Positions 33,258 through 42,476 of a stretch of 64,000 nt of DNA are shown here, piece after piece. Source of the DNA: an uncultured Acidimicrobiaceae bacterium (GTDB taxonomy: Bacteria > Actinomycetota > Acidimicrobiia > Acidimicrobiales > Ilumatobacteraceae). Made by a program: the position numbers and the translations under genes. Positions within the stretch are counted from its first letter, which is position 1, and each line of letters opens with the position of its first letter. Where the stretch lies: positions 1,698 through 65,697 of the forward strand of contig CAVRNX010000037.1 in NCBI GenBank assembly GCA_963722635.1. The letters run 5' to 3'. The notes below the pieces were generated by a model that was given only the letters and a program-made list of their open reading frames with translations, was not told the origin of the DNA and did not search any database.

Positions 33258-34622
33258 CGGCGCCGCGAAGGGTTCTGGTGGTCGGCGGCGGAATCGCCGG
33301 GTTGGCGGCCGCCGTCGATCTGGTCGACGACCCGGCATGCGAGGTCGAGTTGTGGGAGTCAGCGAACAGGTTGGGCGGCAAGATCGCCACGTCGCCGTTC
33401 GCCGGTGTCGACCATGTCGACGAGGCCGCCGACGCCTATCTCACGCGCGTTCCTCATGCCGTTGCTTTCGCCCGCCACGTCGGACTCGACGCTGACGACC
33501 TCACCGCCCCGACCGGCGCCAGCGCGATGGTGTGGCACGACCGGTTGCACGATATTCCGGGGGGCATTGTGCTCGGTGTGCCAGCCGCGATCCGCCCGTT
33601 CGTCACCACCTCGCTGCTGAGTTGGAAGGGCAAGCTGCGGGCAGCGGCCGAGCCGCTGTTGCCGCGCACCGACCCCGACGACTCGCTCGGACGTCTGATC
33701 CGAGCCCGGTTCGGCGACGAGGTCCACGAGCGCCTGGTCGACTCGTTGGTGGGCAGCATCTATGCCACCGACACCGACCGGTCCAGTCTGGCGGCGGTGC
33801 CACAGTTGGCCGGCCTCGCCGCCGATCACCGCAGCCTGTTGTTGGGAGGCATGGCGATCCGCCGACGGGCCCGGGTGCCGACCGGCGACTCGCCGATCTT
33901 CGGGACACCACGTCATGGCATGGCCCGCTTGGTCGACGCCGCTGCTGCGTACGTGAGTGATCACGGTGGCACCGTCCGCACCGGCAGCGCGGCCACCGTC
34001 ATCGAACCCGACGGCCGCCGGTGGCGGGTCGATGGACAGCGGTTCGACGCGATCGTGCTGGCGTCGCCCGCCCGGCCGACCGCACCGTTGCTCGCCACGG
34101 CCTCACCCGATGCCGCCGCCGCACTTGCCACGTTCGAGCGCGCCGACGTGATCATGGTGCGGCTCACCGTCGCCGGCGACGCGTGGCCGGAGCATCTGAC
34201 GGGGCGCAGCGGCTACCTGGTGCCCAAGCCCGACCAACGCTACGTCACGGCGGTTTCCTTCGGCTCTCAGAAGTGGGCCCATTGGGCGCCCCGCCGACGG
34301 CTCCCAGATCTTGCGGGTCTCGCTCGGCCGCGATGGGCTTCCCGTCGCCCATCTGGATGACGAGGCGGTGATTTCTGCCACCGTCGACGAGACCAGCCGA
34401 CATCTCGACGTCGACGTGCAACCGGGGCAGACCTCGATCACTCGTTGGACCGGAGCATTCCCCCAATACCGCCCACATCACCACCGATCGGTCGCTGCTC
34501 TCGAAGCGACGCTGCCCTCCACGATCAGCCTGGCCGGAGCAAGTTTCCACGGGATCGGGATCCCAGCCTGCATCGCCGGCGCACAGCGCGCCGCCGAGCG
34601 GGTCAAGCGGCGCGACCCCTGA
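33254..34622 (+). CDS. hemY: Protoporphyrinogen/coproporphyrinogen oxidase (HemY/CgoX), frameshift near 34290
   Basis: VVGGGIAGLAAA, RLGGKI, GYLVP, SQKW.H; RW..AFPQY, LAGA..GIGIPACI. Confidence 0.92.
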
Positions 34623-34639
34623 ACCGATGAATACCTGAC

Positions 34640-35418
34640 ATGATGAAGGTGATGCAGGGGTGTAGCAGCATGCATACGGGCCATGGCGCGGCTCGCACCA
34701 TCGCCGCGTTCGCCGCGCTCGCCGTCGTGCTCTCCGCCTGCGGTAGCTCCGGCGAGGCGCTCGGCGACGTCGCCACCACAGCCGCCGCGACCACCACCAC
34801 GGTCGCTCCGACCACGACGTCGACGTCCACCACGGTCGCCCCCACCACGAGTACGAGCAGCACCACCACCGTACGAGCAGCACCAGCACCACGTCGACCA
34901 CGAGCACCTCCACCTCGACCAGCACCTCGACCAGCACGACGACGAGCACCTCGACGACCACGACCACCGTCGTCCAGAAGTCTGAGCCGATCACGCCCCC
35001 CAGCGACGCCCACGCCAAAGAGCCGGTGATCGAGATGGGTTCGATCGCGATTCCGAAGCTCGGCGTCGACATGACCATGTACGAGGGCATCCGCCTCACC
35101 ACGCTCGATTACGGGCCTGGCCACTGGCCCGGCACAGCGCTTCCCGGGCAGGCCGGCAACGTCGTGGTCGGCGGGCATCGCACCAGCAAGCACCGCGTCT
35201 TCCGAAATGTCGACCAGTTGGTCGCCGGCGACGAGATCATTTTCCAGGACCAGAACGGCGAGCACGTGTACCTCGTGGATCGGGTCGAGATCGTCCCGCC
35301 CACGGCGATCTGGATCGTGGACCCGACCGAGACCGCCACGGCCACCCTGTTCGCCTGTCACCCGCCGGGATCGACAGCTCAACGGATCGTCGTTTTCGCC
35401 GACCTCGCCACCGGATGA
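34640..35418 (+). CDS. Sortase (class D/E-like) with lipoprotein signal and Ser/Thr linker; frameshift near 34872, start uncertain
   Basis: Lipobox LSAC; IAIPKLG, GPGHWPGTALPG, GNVVVGGHRT, TLFACHP..RIVV (His/Cys/Arg triad). Confidence 0.85.
34770..34970 (+). repeat. Low-complexity Ser/Thr codon tract (coding)
   Basis: ACC/ACG/AGC/TCG runs, e.g. ACCTCGACCAGC twice. Confidence 0.8.
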
Positions 35419-36986
35419 CCGACCCCCCGACCGGTGTCGGGCGATCGAAACGCCCGGTGCTGGCGCTGCTCGGCGGCCTGATGGTCGCCTTCTCGATGCC
35501 ACCGTGGGGGTTCTGGCCGCTCGCCCTGATCGGTGTTGCAGCACTCGAGATCGCGATCGGCGACTCTTTGACGCGCCGTCAACGGGCATGGTTCGGGTTC
35601 GCCTTCGGCGCCGCCTGGATGTACGTCGGCATGGCGTGGATGTGGTATCTGACCGTTCCGGGCTACGTGTTGGCGTGCGCCATGTTCGCTGCGCTGCACG
35701 CCGCCGCTGCAGCGTTGGCGCCGACAGGCCCGTGGCGAACGATCGGCCGCCCGGCGGCGCACTCCCTGGTCGAAGTGATCCGGATGTCGTTCCCGTTCGG
35801 TGGCGTGCCATTGGCCACGCTCGGTATCTCGCAGGCGGGTGGTCCGTTGCTCGGCATGGCGCGGCTCGGTGGCGTGATCCTGATGACGTGGGTCGTGTTC
35901 CAGTTCGGGTTCGCGATCGTGGGATCGTTTCAAGCCGTGGCGGGCGTCGTCGCCCGGCGGCGCGCCGGTGGCCGGGCCCAGCCGCACGGCATCGTGGCGT
36001 TGGCCGTCATCGTCGTGCTGGTCGTGATCGCAGCGATCGCACCCGCCGGTTCGGACGTCGACGCCGAACCGCTCACGATCGCCGCCGTCCAGGGTGGTGG
36101 CCGGCAGGGGACCAGCGCACTCGACGTCCCCAGCCGGCTGGTGACCCAAGCCCACCTCGATGCCACGGCGACGATCGAACCCGATCCCGGCCTCGATCTC
36201 GTCGTGTGGCCGGAGAACGGCATCGACGTCGACGACGAACCGTTCGCCGGCAGCGCCGCACAGCTCGCGATCGCCGCCGAATCGGCACGGCTCGGAGTGC
36301 CGTTCTCGGTCGGTGTGACGGTCGACTCGGAGTTCTCGGCGTATCCGTCCGACGGCAGCTTCGTCAACGCCCAGGTGGTGATCACACCCGATGGTGAGGT
36401 CACCAGTTCGTACGAGAAGGTCCAGATCGTTCCATTTGGCGAGTACGTGCCGCTGCGCGGACTGCTCGAGGCGCTCGGCGCACCGCTCGATCAAATCGCT
36501 TCCGACGCGACGCGAGGCCGCGACCCGGCCCGGATCGAACTGCCCGACGGCACCGAGCTGGGGGTGATGATCTCGTGGGAGGTCTTCTTCGGCGGGCGCG
36601 GGCGTGCTGCCGACGGCGGGGCGATCCTGCTCAATCCCACCAACGGGGCCAGCTACACCGGCACCATCTTGCAGACCCAGCAGGTCGCCTCGAGCAAACT
36701 GCGGGCGGTCGAGACCGGCAGATGGATCGTGCAGGTGTCCCCGACCGGCTTCTCGGCGTTCGTGTCGCCCGACGGTGACGTGTTCCAGCGCACGGGTGTG
36801 AGCGAACGCAAGATCATCACGATGGATGTGCCGCTGCGCGGCGGCTCGACCGTGTACTCGCGGATCGGCGACCGGCCCTGGATCATCGCGTTACTGGCCC
36901 TGCTGGTGGTCTCGCTGTGGTTCGGTGACCCCCGTCGACACCGCCACGGCGACGGTTCCGACTGCGTTACAAACGGTGCCTGCTGA
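35415..36986 (+). CDS. lnt: Apolipoprotein N-acyltransferase with Ser at the catalytic Cys position
   Basis: PFGGVP, VQGG, VVWPEN, YEK..VPFGEYVP, ISWE, PTNG, RAVETGR, PTGFSA. ATGA overlap with sortase. Confidence 0.92.
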   Translation: MTDPPTGVGRSKRPVLALLGGLMVAFSMPPWGFWPLALIGVAALEIAIGDSLTRRQRAWFGFAFGAAWMYVGMAWMWYLTVPGYVLACAMFAALHAAAAALAPTGPWRTIGRPAAHSLVEVIRMSFPFGGVPLATLGISQAGGPLLGMARLGGVILMTWVVFQFGFAIVGSFQAVAGVVARRRAGGRAQPHGIVALAVIVVLVVIAAIAPAGSDVDAEPLTIAAVQGGGRQGTSALDVPSRLVTQAHLDATATIEPDPGLDLVVWPENGIDVDDEPFAGSAAQLAIAAESARLGVPFSVGVTVDSEFSAYPSDGSFVNAQVVITPDGEVTSSYEKVQIVPFGEYVPLRGLLEALGAPLDQIASDATRGRDPARIELPDGTELGVMISWEVFFGGRGRAADGGAILLNPTNGASYTGTILQTQQVASSKLRAVETGRWIVQVSPTGFSAFVSPDGDVFQRTGVSERKIITMDVPLRGGSTVYSRIGDRPWIIALLALLVVSLWFGDPRRHRHGDGSDCVTNGAC

Positions 36987-37005
36987 CCTGTTGTGACACC
37001 TGTTG

Positions 37006-37473
37006 TCACGCCTCGAGCATCAAGGTGACCGGGCCGTCGTTGACGATCTCGACTCGCATCTCGGCCCGGAACCTGCCGGTGGCGACGACTGCGCCGAGTT
37101 CGCCCAGCCTCGCCACCACTCGATCGACGAGTGGTTCGGCATGCTCCGGCCGCGCCGCGTCGATCCAGCTCGGGCGGCGTCCCTTGGCGGTGTTGCCGTA
37201 CAGCGTGAACTGGCTGACGATCAGCACCTCCGCCGGTTGGCCGACCTCGGCTCGCTCGGCGAGCGACCGATTCATCACACCATCGGTGTCGTCGAGCACT
37301 CGCAGATGCCACACCTTGTCGGCCAGCTTGAGCGCCTCTCGCTCCGAGTCGTCGTGTGTCGCACCGACGAACACGCACAACCCGGGGCCGATCGCCCCGA
37401 CGACGCTGCTCGAACCATCGGGGGCGATGACGTCGACGCTCGCTCGAATCACCCGTTGCACCAGGCCACGCAT
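37006..37473 (-). CDS. dtd: D-aminoacyl-tRNA deacylase
   Basis: MRGLVQRV..ASV, VSQFTL, GRRPSW, TGRF, NDGPVT. Confidence 0.95.
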   Translation of the reverse strand: MRGLVQRVIRASVDVIAPDGSSSVVGAIGPGLCVFVGATHDDSEREALKLADKVWHLRVLDDTDGVMNRSLAERAEVGQPAEVLIVSQFTLYGNTAKGRRPSWIDAARPEHAEPLVDRVVARLGELGAVVATGRFRAEMRVEIVNDGPVTLMLEA

Positions 37474-37515
37474 GTCGACGAAGACTGCCACGCGGCCTCG
37501 ATCGGGAACAATGAG

Positions 37516-38378
37516 ATGGTGACCATCGAACAAACAGGTCCCCGTCCGATCGGCAACGAGACGACGCAGGTCGACGTCGAGGCAGGCAGCGGCGGTCGGA
37601 TCGCGCAGATCACGCCTCGGCGGCGTCGATCTGTTGGTCGGTCGGTCGTCGGCGAGCCCCTCGGCGATCCGGTGCGATGGGGGTGCTACCCGATGGTGCC
37701 GTGGGCCGGTCGGGTTCGCGACGGACGCTTCGAGTTCGCTGGTCGTCGCCCATCAGCTACGGGTCAGCCCCGACGGTCACGCCCTGCATGGGGTCGGGTT
37801 CACGTCCGATGGCAGATCGACTCGTACTCCGAGACCCGGTCGAGATGACGTTGCAGCTGCCTCACGACGACAGCTGGCCGTTCGGCGGACGTCATGCCAG
37901 CGAGCAGATCGGCGTCGCTGACGACACACGGAGATCCTGCTCGAACTGAGGTGACCGCCGACGACGACCGCTTCCCGGTCACGATCGGGTGGCACCCCTG
38001 GTTCCGCAAGCCCGATCGTCTCGACTTCCACCCGGCGGCGATGTATCGCCAGCGTCGACGGGATCGCCGTCGACGAGCGAGTCGTCGTGCGCGCCCGGCC
38101 CATGGGACGACTGCTTCGTGAACTTCGAACCGGTCATCGCCAGCGTCGACGGGGTCACCGCTACGGCTCACGTCGCAGTGCACCGACTGGGTCGTCTACG
38201 ACGAACCACCGAACACGCCACCTGTATCGAGCCACAGTCCGGCCCGCCGGACGCATTCAACATCCGGCCCAACGTACTCGAATCCGGCCAGACTCGAGCC
38301 GTTCGTTCCGTATCGGGCTCGCCCGCGAACACCGGCTGGCCGGCCGACCCCGCAGCCCAGGCTGTTACCCAACGGTAA
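37516..38378 (+). CDS. Aldose 1-epimerase / galactose mutarotase-like protein, multiple frameshifts (possibly a pseudogene; end uncertain)
   Basis: Fragments GGRIAQI, GCYPMVPWAGRVRDGRF, HALHG, WPFGG, GWHPWF, PWDDCF, CIEPQSGPPDAFN across three frames. Confidence 0.75.
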
Positions 38379-38395
38379 TCGGCCGCCGATAGCCT
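38365..38395 (+). promoter_or_regulatory. Leaderless promoter of manT-like gene with inverted repeat at the -35 position
   Basis: TTACC-CAAC-GGTAA (38365-38378); TAGCCT -10 (38390-38395) is 6 nt before ATG 38402. Confidence 0.5.
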
Positions 38396-38401
38396 GTCCG
38401 G

Positions 38402-39703
38402 ATGCCGAAATCGGCCGGGCTCGACCCGGAGGCGCCGCTGTCGCTCGCCTATTTGACCTATCGGGGAAAGCCCCATGTCGGCGGCCAGGGCATCTACACC
38501 CGCCATCTCACCAAGGCGCTGGTCGGGCTCGGACATTCGGTCGAGGTACTCGGCGGCCAGCCCTATCCGGTGCTCGACGAGCGGGTCAACCTGACCGAAC
38601 TGCCCAGTCTCGACCTGTTCAACGACCACTATCCAGGTCGTTTCCCAGCGGTGTGGGAGTTCAAGACCAGGTACGACCTGCTCGAAACCGCACAGTTCCT
38701 GACCGGTGTGTTCCCCGAGCCGCTGGCCTTCAGCGCTCGCGCCAACGCCCATCTCTCGAAGCGGCTCGGTGAGTTCGACCTCGTCCACGACAACCAGTGC
38801 CTCGGCTACGGCATCGCCAAGCTCGAACGCAAGCTGCCCTTGATCGTCACGCTCCACCACCCGATCACCCGCGACCGGATGCTGGAGATGGAGGCCGCCC
38901 CCAATCGCTTCAAACGCTGGTCGATCGGCCGCTGGTACAGCTTCGTCAAGATGCAGGGCAAGGTTGCTTCCCAGATGCCACGCGTGGTCGTGGTCAGCGA
39001 CAACTCGATCCAGGACATCCACACCGACATGGGCGTGGCGCTCGACAACATGCGCCTGGTGCCCGTCGGCGTCGACCCCGAGCTGTTCAAGCCGGTCGAT
39101 GGTGTCGAGCACGTTCCCGGTCGCCTGATCACCACCGCATCTGCCGACGTCGCGCTCAAGGGCCTCGCCTACCTGGTCGAGGCGATGGCCAAACTGCGCG
39201 CCGACGGCCACGACATCACCCTCACCATCATCGGCAAGCCCAAGCCGGGCAAGTCGATGGACCTGATCGATCAATACGACCTGGCACCACACATCGATTT
39301 CGTGTCGGGCGTGTCGGACGAACGAATCGTCGAGCTGTACAGCCAGGCCGAGCTGGCGGTCGTGCCCAGTCTGTACGAGGGGTTCAGCCTGCCTGCGATC
39401 GAGGCGATGTGCTCCGGCACCGCCCTCGTCGCCACCGACGGAGGCGCCCTGCCCGAGGTCACCGGCACTCCAGGCGAGACCGTGTTCCGTTGCCGCAAAG
39501 GTGACGCCGACGATCTCGCCGGAACCATCCGCGACGCCCTCGCCAACCCCGAGGCGCGTGCCCGCGTCGGTGCCGCCGGTCGCCAGCGCGTGCTCGAGCG
39601 CTGGACCTGGGAGCGCTGCGCCCACCTCACCGTCGAGCAGTACCGCGAAGTGCTCGCGATGCCCCAGAACATCGAGAAGCTGCGTCGCAACGGACGGCTC
39701 TGA
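38402..39703 (+). CDS. manT: GT4 glycosyltransferase, homologue of MMP alpha-mannosyltransferase ManT
   Basis: YRGKPHVGGQGIY, GQPYP, PSLDL, FPEPLAFS, VHDNQ.LG, HHPITRD, PSLYEGFSLPAIEAM. GT4 call is secure; ManT assignment rests on recalled similarity and gene context. Confidence 0.8.
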   Translation: MPKSAGLDPEAPLSLAYLTYRGKPHVGGQGIYTRHLTKALVGLGHSVEVLGGQPYPVLDERVNLTELPSLDLFNDHYPGRFPAVWEFKTRYDLLETAQFLTGVFPEPLAFSARANAHLSKRLGEFDLVHDNQCLGYGIAKLERKLPLIVTLHHPITRDRMLEMEAAPNRFKRWSIGRWYSFVKMQGKVASQMPRVVVVSDNSIQDIHTDMGVALDNMRLVPVGVDPELFKPVDGVEHVPGRLITTASADVALKGLAYLVEAMAKLRADGHDITLTIIGKPKPGKSMDLIDQYDLAPHIDFVSGVSDERIVELYSQAELAVVPSLYEGFSLPAIEAMCSGTALVATDGGALPEVTGTPGETVFRCRKGDADDLAGTIRDALANPEARARVGAAGRQRVLERWTWERCAHLTVEQYREVLAMPQNIEKLRRNGRL

Positions 39704-39734
39704 CAAGCGCCGGACACAGACGCCAACCACCAAC

Positions 39735-40466
39735 ATGCTCACCATCCGATTCGACGAACTGGGCCTGCGCTCCGGCGACCGTGTGCTCGACGTGGGGGCC
39801 GGCTTCGGCCGGCACGTCTACGAGTGCGCCCGTCGCGGCGCCCACGTCGTGGCCCTCGACTATGCCGCTGACGAGGTGGTCGACACCCGCAACACGCTGG
39901 GCGCAATGGTCGCCGACGGCGAGATCACGCTCGACAAGCTGATCGGCGTGCTGCGTGGTGATGCCCGCCGCTTGCCGTTCCCGGATCACAGTTTCGATGT
40001 CGTGATCACGTCGGAGGTACTCGAGCACATTCAGGACGACGTCGCCGCGATCGCCGAGATGGTGCGCGTGCTCAAGCCTGGCGGGCGCTTCGCCGCCACC
40101 GTGCCGGCCTGGTTCCCGGAGACGATCAACTGGAAGTTGTCCGACGAATACCACGCCCCCAAGAGCGAAGGCGGACACGTCCGGATCTACGCCAAGACCG
40201 AGCTACGTGCCAAGCTACGGTCGGCCGGACTCGACGTCGACGGCTATCACCGGGCGCACGCCCTGCATTCGCCGTATTGGTGGCTGAAATGTGCGGTCGG
40301 GCCTCGCAACGACCAGCATCCGGCCGTTGCCAAGTACCGCCGATTCCTGGAGTGGGACATCATCGAACAGCCGACCAGCACGCGAGTCGCCGAGAAGCTG
40401 CTGTCACCGATGCTGGGCAAGAGCAGCGTGCACTACGGCACCAAGCCGTCCGGGGCTCACGCATGA
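39735..40466 (+). CDS. meT3: Class I SAM methyltransferase, homologue of the putative MMP 3-O-methyltransferase
   Basis: VLDVGAGFGRH, LPFPD.SFD, SEVLEHI, RVLKPGG, WKLSDEYH..GGHVRIY, HALHSPYWWLKCAVG. Confidence 0.72.
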   Translation: MLTIRFDELGLRSGDRVLDVGAGFGRHVYECARRGAHVVALDYAADEVVDTRNTLGAMVADGEITLDKLIGVLRGDARRLPFPDHSFDVVITSEVLEHIQDDVAAIAEMVRVLKPGGRFAATVPAWFPETINWKLSDEYHAPKSEGGHVRIYAKTELRAKLRSAGLDVDGYHRAHALHSPYWWLKCAVGPRNDQHPAVAKYRRFLEWDIIEQPTSTRVAEKLLSPMLGKSSVHYGTKPSGAHA

Positions 40467-41512
40467 GTTCGATCCCCGACCTGCCCGGTGTGCTGTCGGC
40501 CGACGAAGTGGTGCGCTCGGGCGAGCATCTGGCCTCGCTGCAGACCGCCAGCGGCATGATCCCGTGGTTTCCCGGTGGACACTGCGACCCCTGGAACCAC
40601 GTCGAATCGGCGATGGCGCTCGACGTCGCCGGGCTGCACGTCGAGGCCGAGCGGGCCTACGAATGGTTGGCCGACATCCAGCGCCCGGACGGCAGTTGGC
40701 ACAACTACTACCTACCCGACGGCGATCGGGACGACACCGTCGAGGAGGCCAAGCTCGACACCAACGTGTGTGCCTACATCGCCACCGGCGTGTGGCACCA
40801 CTGGCGTTGCACCGGCGATCGCAGTTTCGTGGACAACATGTGGTCGACCGTCGAGCGGGCGCTCGACTGGGTGCTCTCGCTGCGCCGGCCGGACGGCCTG
40901 GTGTTGTGGGCCGTCGAACCCGGGGCACACCCGTGGGACTACGCGTTGCTGACCGGCTCGGCATCGATCCAACACGCCTTGCGCTGCGGCGCCGCCGTCG
41001 GGCTCGCCACCGGCTCACCGCGCCCCGACTGGATCGAGGCGGCCGACGTGATGTGCACGTTGATCGGTCATGCTCCCCTGTCGTTCCAACCGAAGACACG
41101 TTGGGCGATGGACTGGTACTACCCGGTGCTGACCGGCGCGATCGACGACGAGCATGCCAAGCAGCGCCTCGCCGAGGGGTGGCCGACGTTCGCGATGGAC
41201 GGGCTCGGCATTCGCTGCGTGTACGACGAGCCGTGGGTCACGGCATCGGAAACAGCCGAGGCGTCGCTCAGCTATGCGGCGGTCGGCGACATCTCCACGG
41301 CGATCGATCTGCTGGCCTGGACGCGCGGTCATCGGCTCGACAGTGGTGCCTACCTGACCGGCTTGGTGCACCCCGATCGGATCATCTTCCCGACCGACGA
41401 GCACTCGTCGTACACCGCCGCAGCCGTGATCCTGGCGGCCGACGCGATCTCCGGCGCCTCGCCCGCCAGCGACCTGTTCGTCACCCCCGCCCTGCGCACC
41501 GCCTTGACGTGA
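40463..41512 (+). CDS. mmpH: (alpha/alpha)6-barrel protein, homologue of MMP hydrolase MmpH (often auto-annotated as prenyltransferase)
   Basis: IPWFPGGHCDPWNHVESAMAL, QRPDGSW, AYIATGVWHH, ALLTGS.SI, MDWYYPVL.G, GIRCV..PWVT.SET.E, Y.TG. ATGA overlap with the upstream methyltransferase. Confidence 0.75.
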   Translation: MSSIPDLPGVLSADEVVRSGEHLASLQTASGMIPWFPGGHCDPWNHVESAMALDVAGLHVEAERAYEWLADIQRPDGSWHNYYLPDGDRDDTVEEAKLDTNVCAYIATGVWHHWRCTGDRSFVDNMWSTVERALDWVLSLRRPDGLVLWAVEPGAHPWDYALLTGSASIQHALRCGAAVGLATGSPRPDWIEAADVMCTLIGHAPLSFQPKTRWAMDWYYPVLTGAIDDEHAKQRLAEGWPTFAMDGLGIRCVYDEPWVTASETAEASLSYAAVGDISTAIDLLAWTRGHRLDSGAYLTGLVHPDRIIFPTDEHSSYTAAAVILAADAISGASPASDLFVTPALRTALT

Positions 41513-41699
41513 CGGAGTGGTGCCGGCCAGGCACCTCCATGCACATCCCGATCGATTCCGCCCGCCGATCGAACAACGGTGGCGATCGCCGACGACGATC
41601 GATCGATCGACCCAGCCATCGCCGCCCGCCGCTCGGCGCCCGAGCTCGAGGGCGCCCCGGTACCAGGCCTCCGATCCGGCGGTACGTACAATCGCAGGC

Positions 41700-42473
41700 G
41701 TGTCGAAGTTGCTCGAATCCAAGCCCGTTCGCACGATCCTGAGCATCTGGTCGTGGTTCGTGCTCGGCGTCACCGTGTTGATCATCGTGCCGCTCGTTGC
41801 GATCGTGCGGCTCGTCACGGCCCCGTTCGACCCGGGCCGCTACCACGCCGGTCTGTTGTTCCGCAAGATCGCCGTCATCCATCAGAAGTTCAATCCGATG
41901 TGGAAGTTCAGCGTGTCCGGCGAGGTGCCGATCGACGGGCGCCTGCCGTACGTCGCCGTCGCCAACCACGAGAGCTTCGCCGACATCCTGCTGATCTCGC
42001 ACCTCCCGTTCGAGATGAAGTGGATGTCGAAGAGCGAGTTCTTCAAGATCCCGTTCGTCGGCTGGGCGATGTGGCTGGCCGGCGACATCCGGCTCGAACG
42101 AGGCGACAAGAAATCGGGTGCCGACGCGTTGATCGAGTGTCGCGACCGGCTCGGGAAGAAGGTGTCCGTGATGATCTTCCCCGAGGGCACCCGAACGAGG
42201 ACCGGCGAGTTGCAGGAGTTCAAGGACGGCGCCTTCAAGATCGCGATCGAGGCCGGCGCACCGATTCTTCCGCTGGCGGTGCACGGTGCCCGCACGGCGC
42301 TGGTCACGAACGACTGGCGGTTCGGGTACAGCCACGCCGAGGTGCGGGTGCTCGACCCGATTCCGACCGAAGGGCTCACCGAGGCCGACGTGGCCGACCT
42401 CCGCGACCGCACCCGTGAAGTGATCGCCACGGCGCTCGACACGATGCGCACCGAACGCGGCGACGCGGAGTAA
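41700..42473 (+). CDS. Lysophospholipid acyltransferase family protein (PlsC-like)
   Basis: NHESFAD (HX4D), IPFVGW, IFPEGTR, FKDGAF; TACAAT -10 is 7 nt before GTG 41700. Confidence 0.9.
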   Translation: MSKLLESKPVRTILSIWSWFVLGVTVLIIVPLVAIVRLVTAPFDPGRYHAGLLFRKIAVIHQKFNPMWKFSVSGEVPIDGRLPYVAVANHESFADILLISHLPFEMKWMSKSEFFKIPFVGWAMWLAGDIRLERGDKKSGADALIECRDRLGKKVSVMIFPEGTRTRTGELQEFKDGAFKIAIEAGAPILPLAVHGARTALVTNDWRFGYSHAEVRVLDPIPTEGLTEADVADLRDRTREVIATALDTMRTERGDAE

Positions 42474-42476
42474 CGC

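Noticed and set aside
28992-34622. Programmed frameshifting or pseudogenisation of helD and hem genes
   Set aside because: No slippery heptamers, both halves are well conserved, and similar indels are scattered across the window; sequencing error is simpler.
36986-37009. ACCTGTTGT direct repeat with GTGACA/TGTCAC inverted repeat
   Set aside because: Lies in the 19-nt gap between convergent lnt and dtd stops, so it is unlikely to be an operator; too short to assign.
40463-41512. Prenyltransferase or terpene cyclase
   Set aside because: Only QxxDGSW barrel repeats match; no DxDD or DDxxD motif, and context fits MmpH.
41513-41699. Possible ncRNA or ORF extension upstream of the acyltransferase
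   Set aside because: TACAAT -10 directly before GTG 41700 explains the start; the GC palindrome near 41635-41656 is likely a terminator; no known RNA motif recognised.
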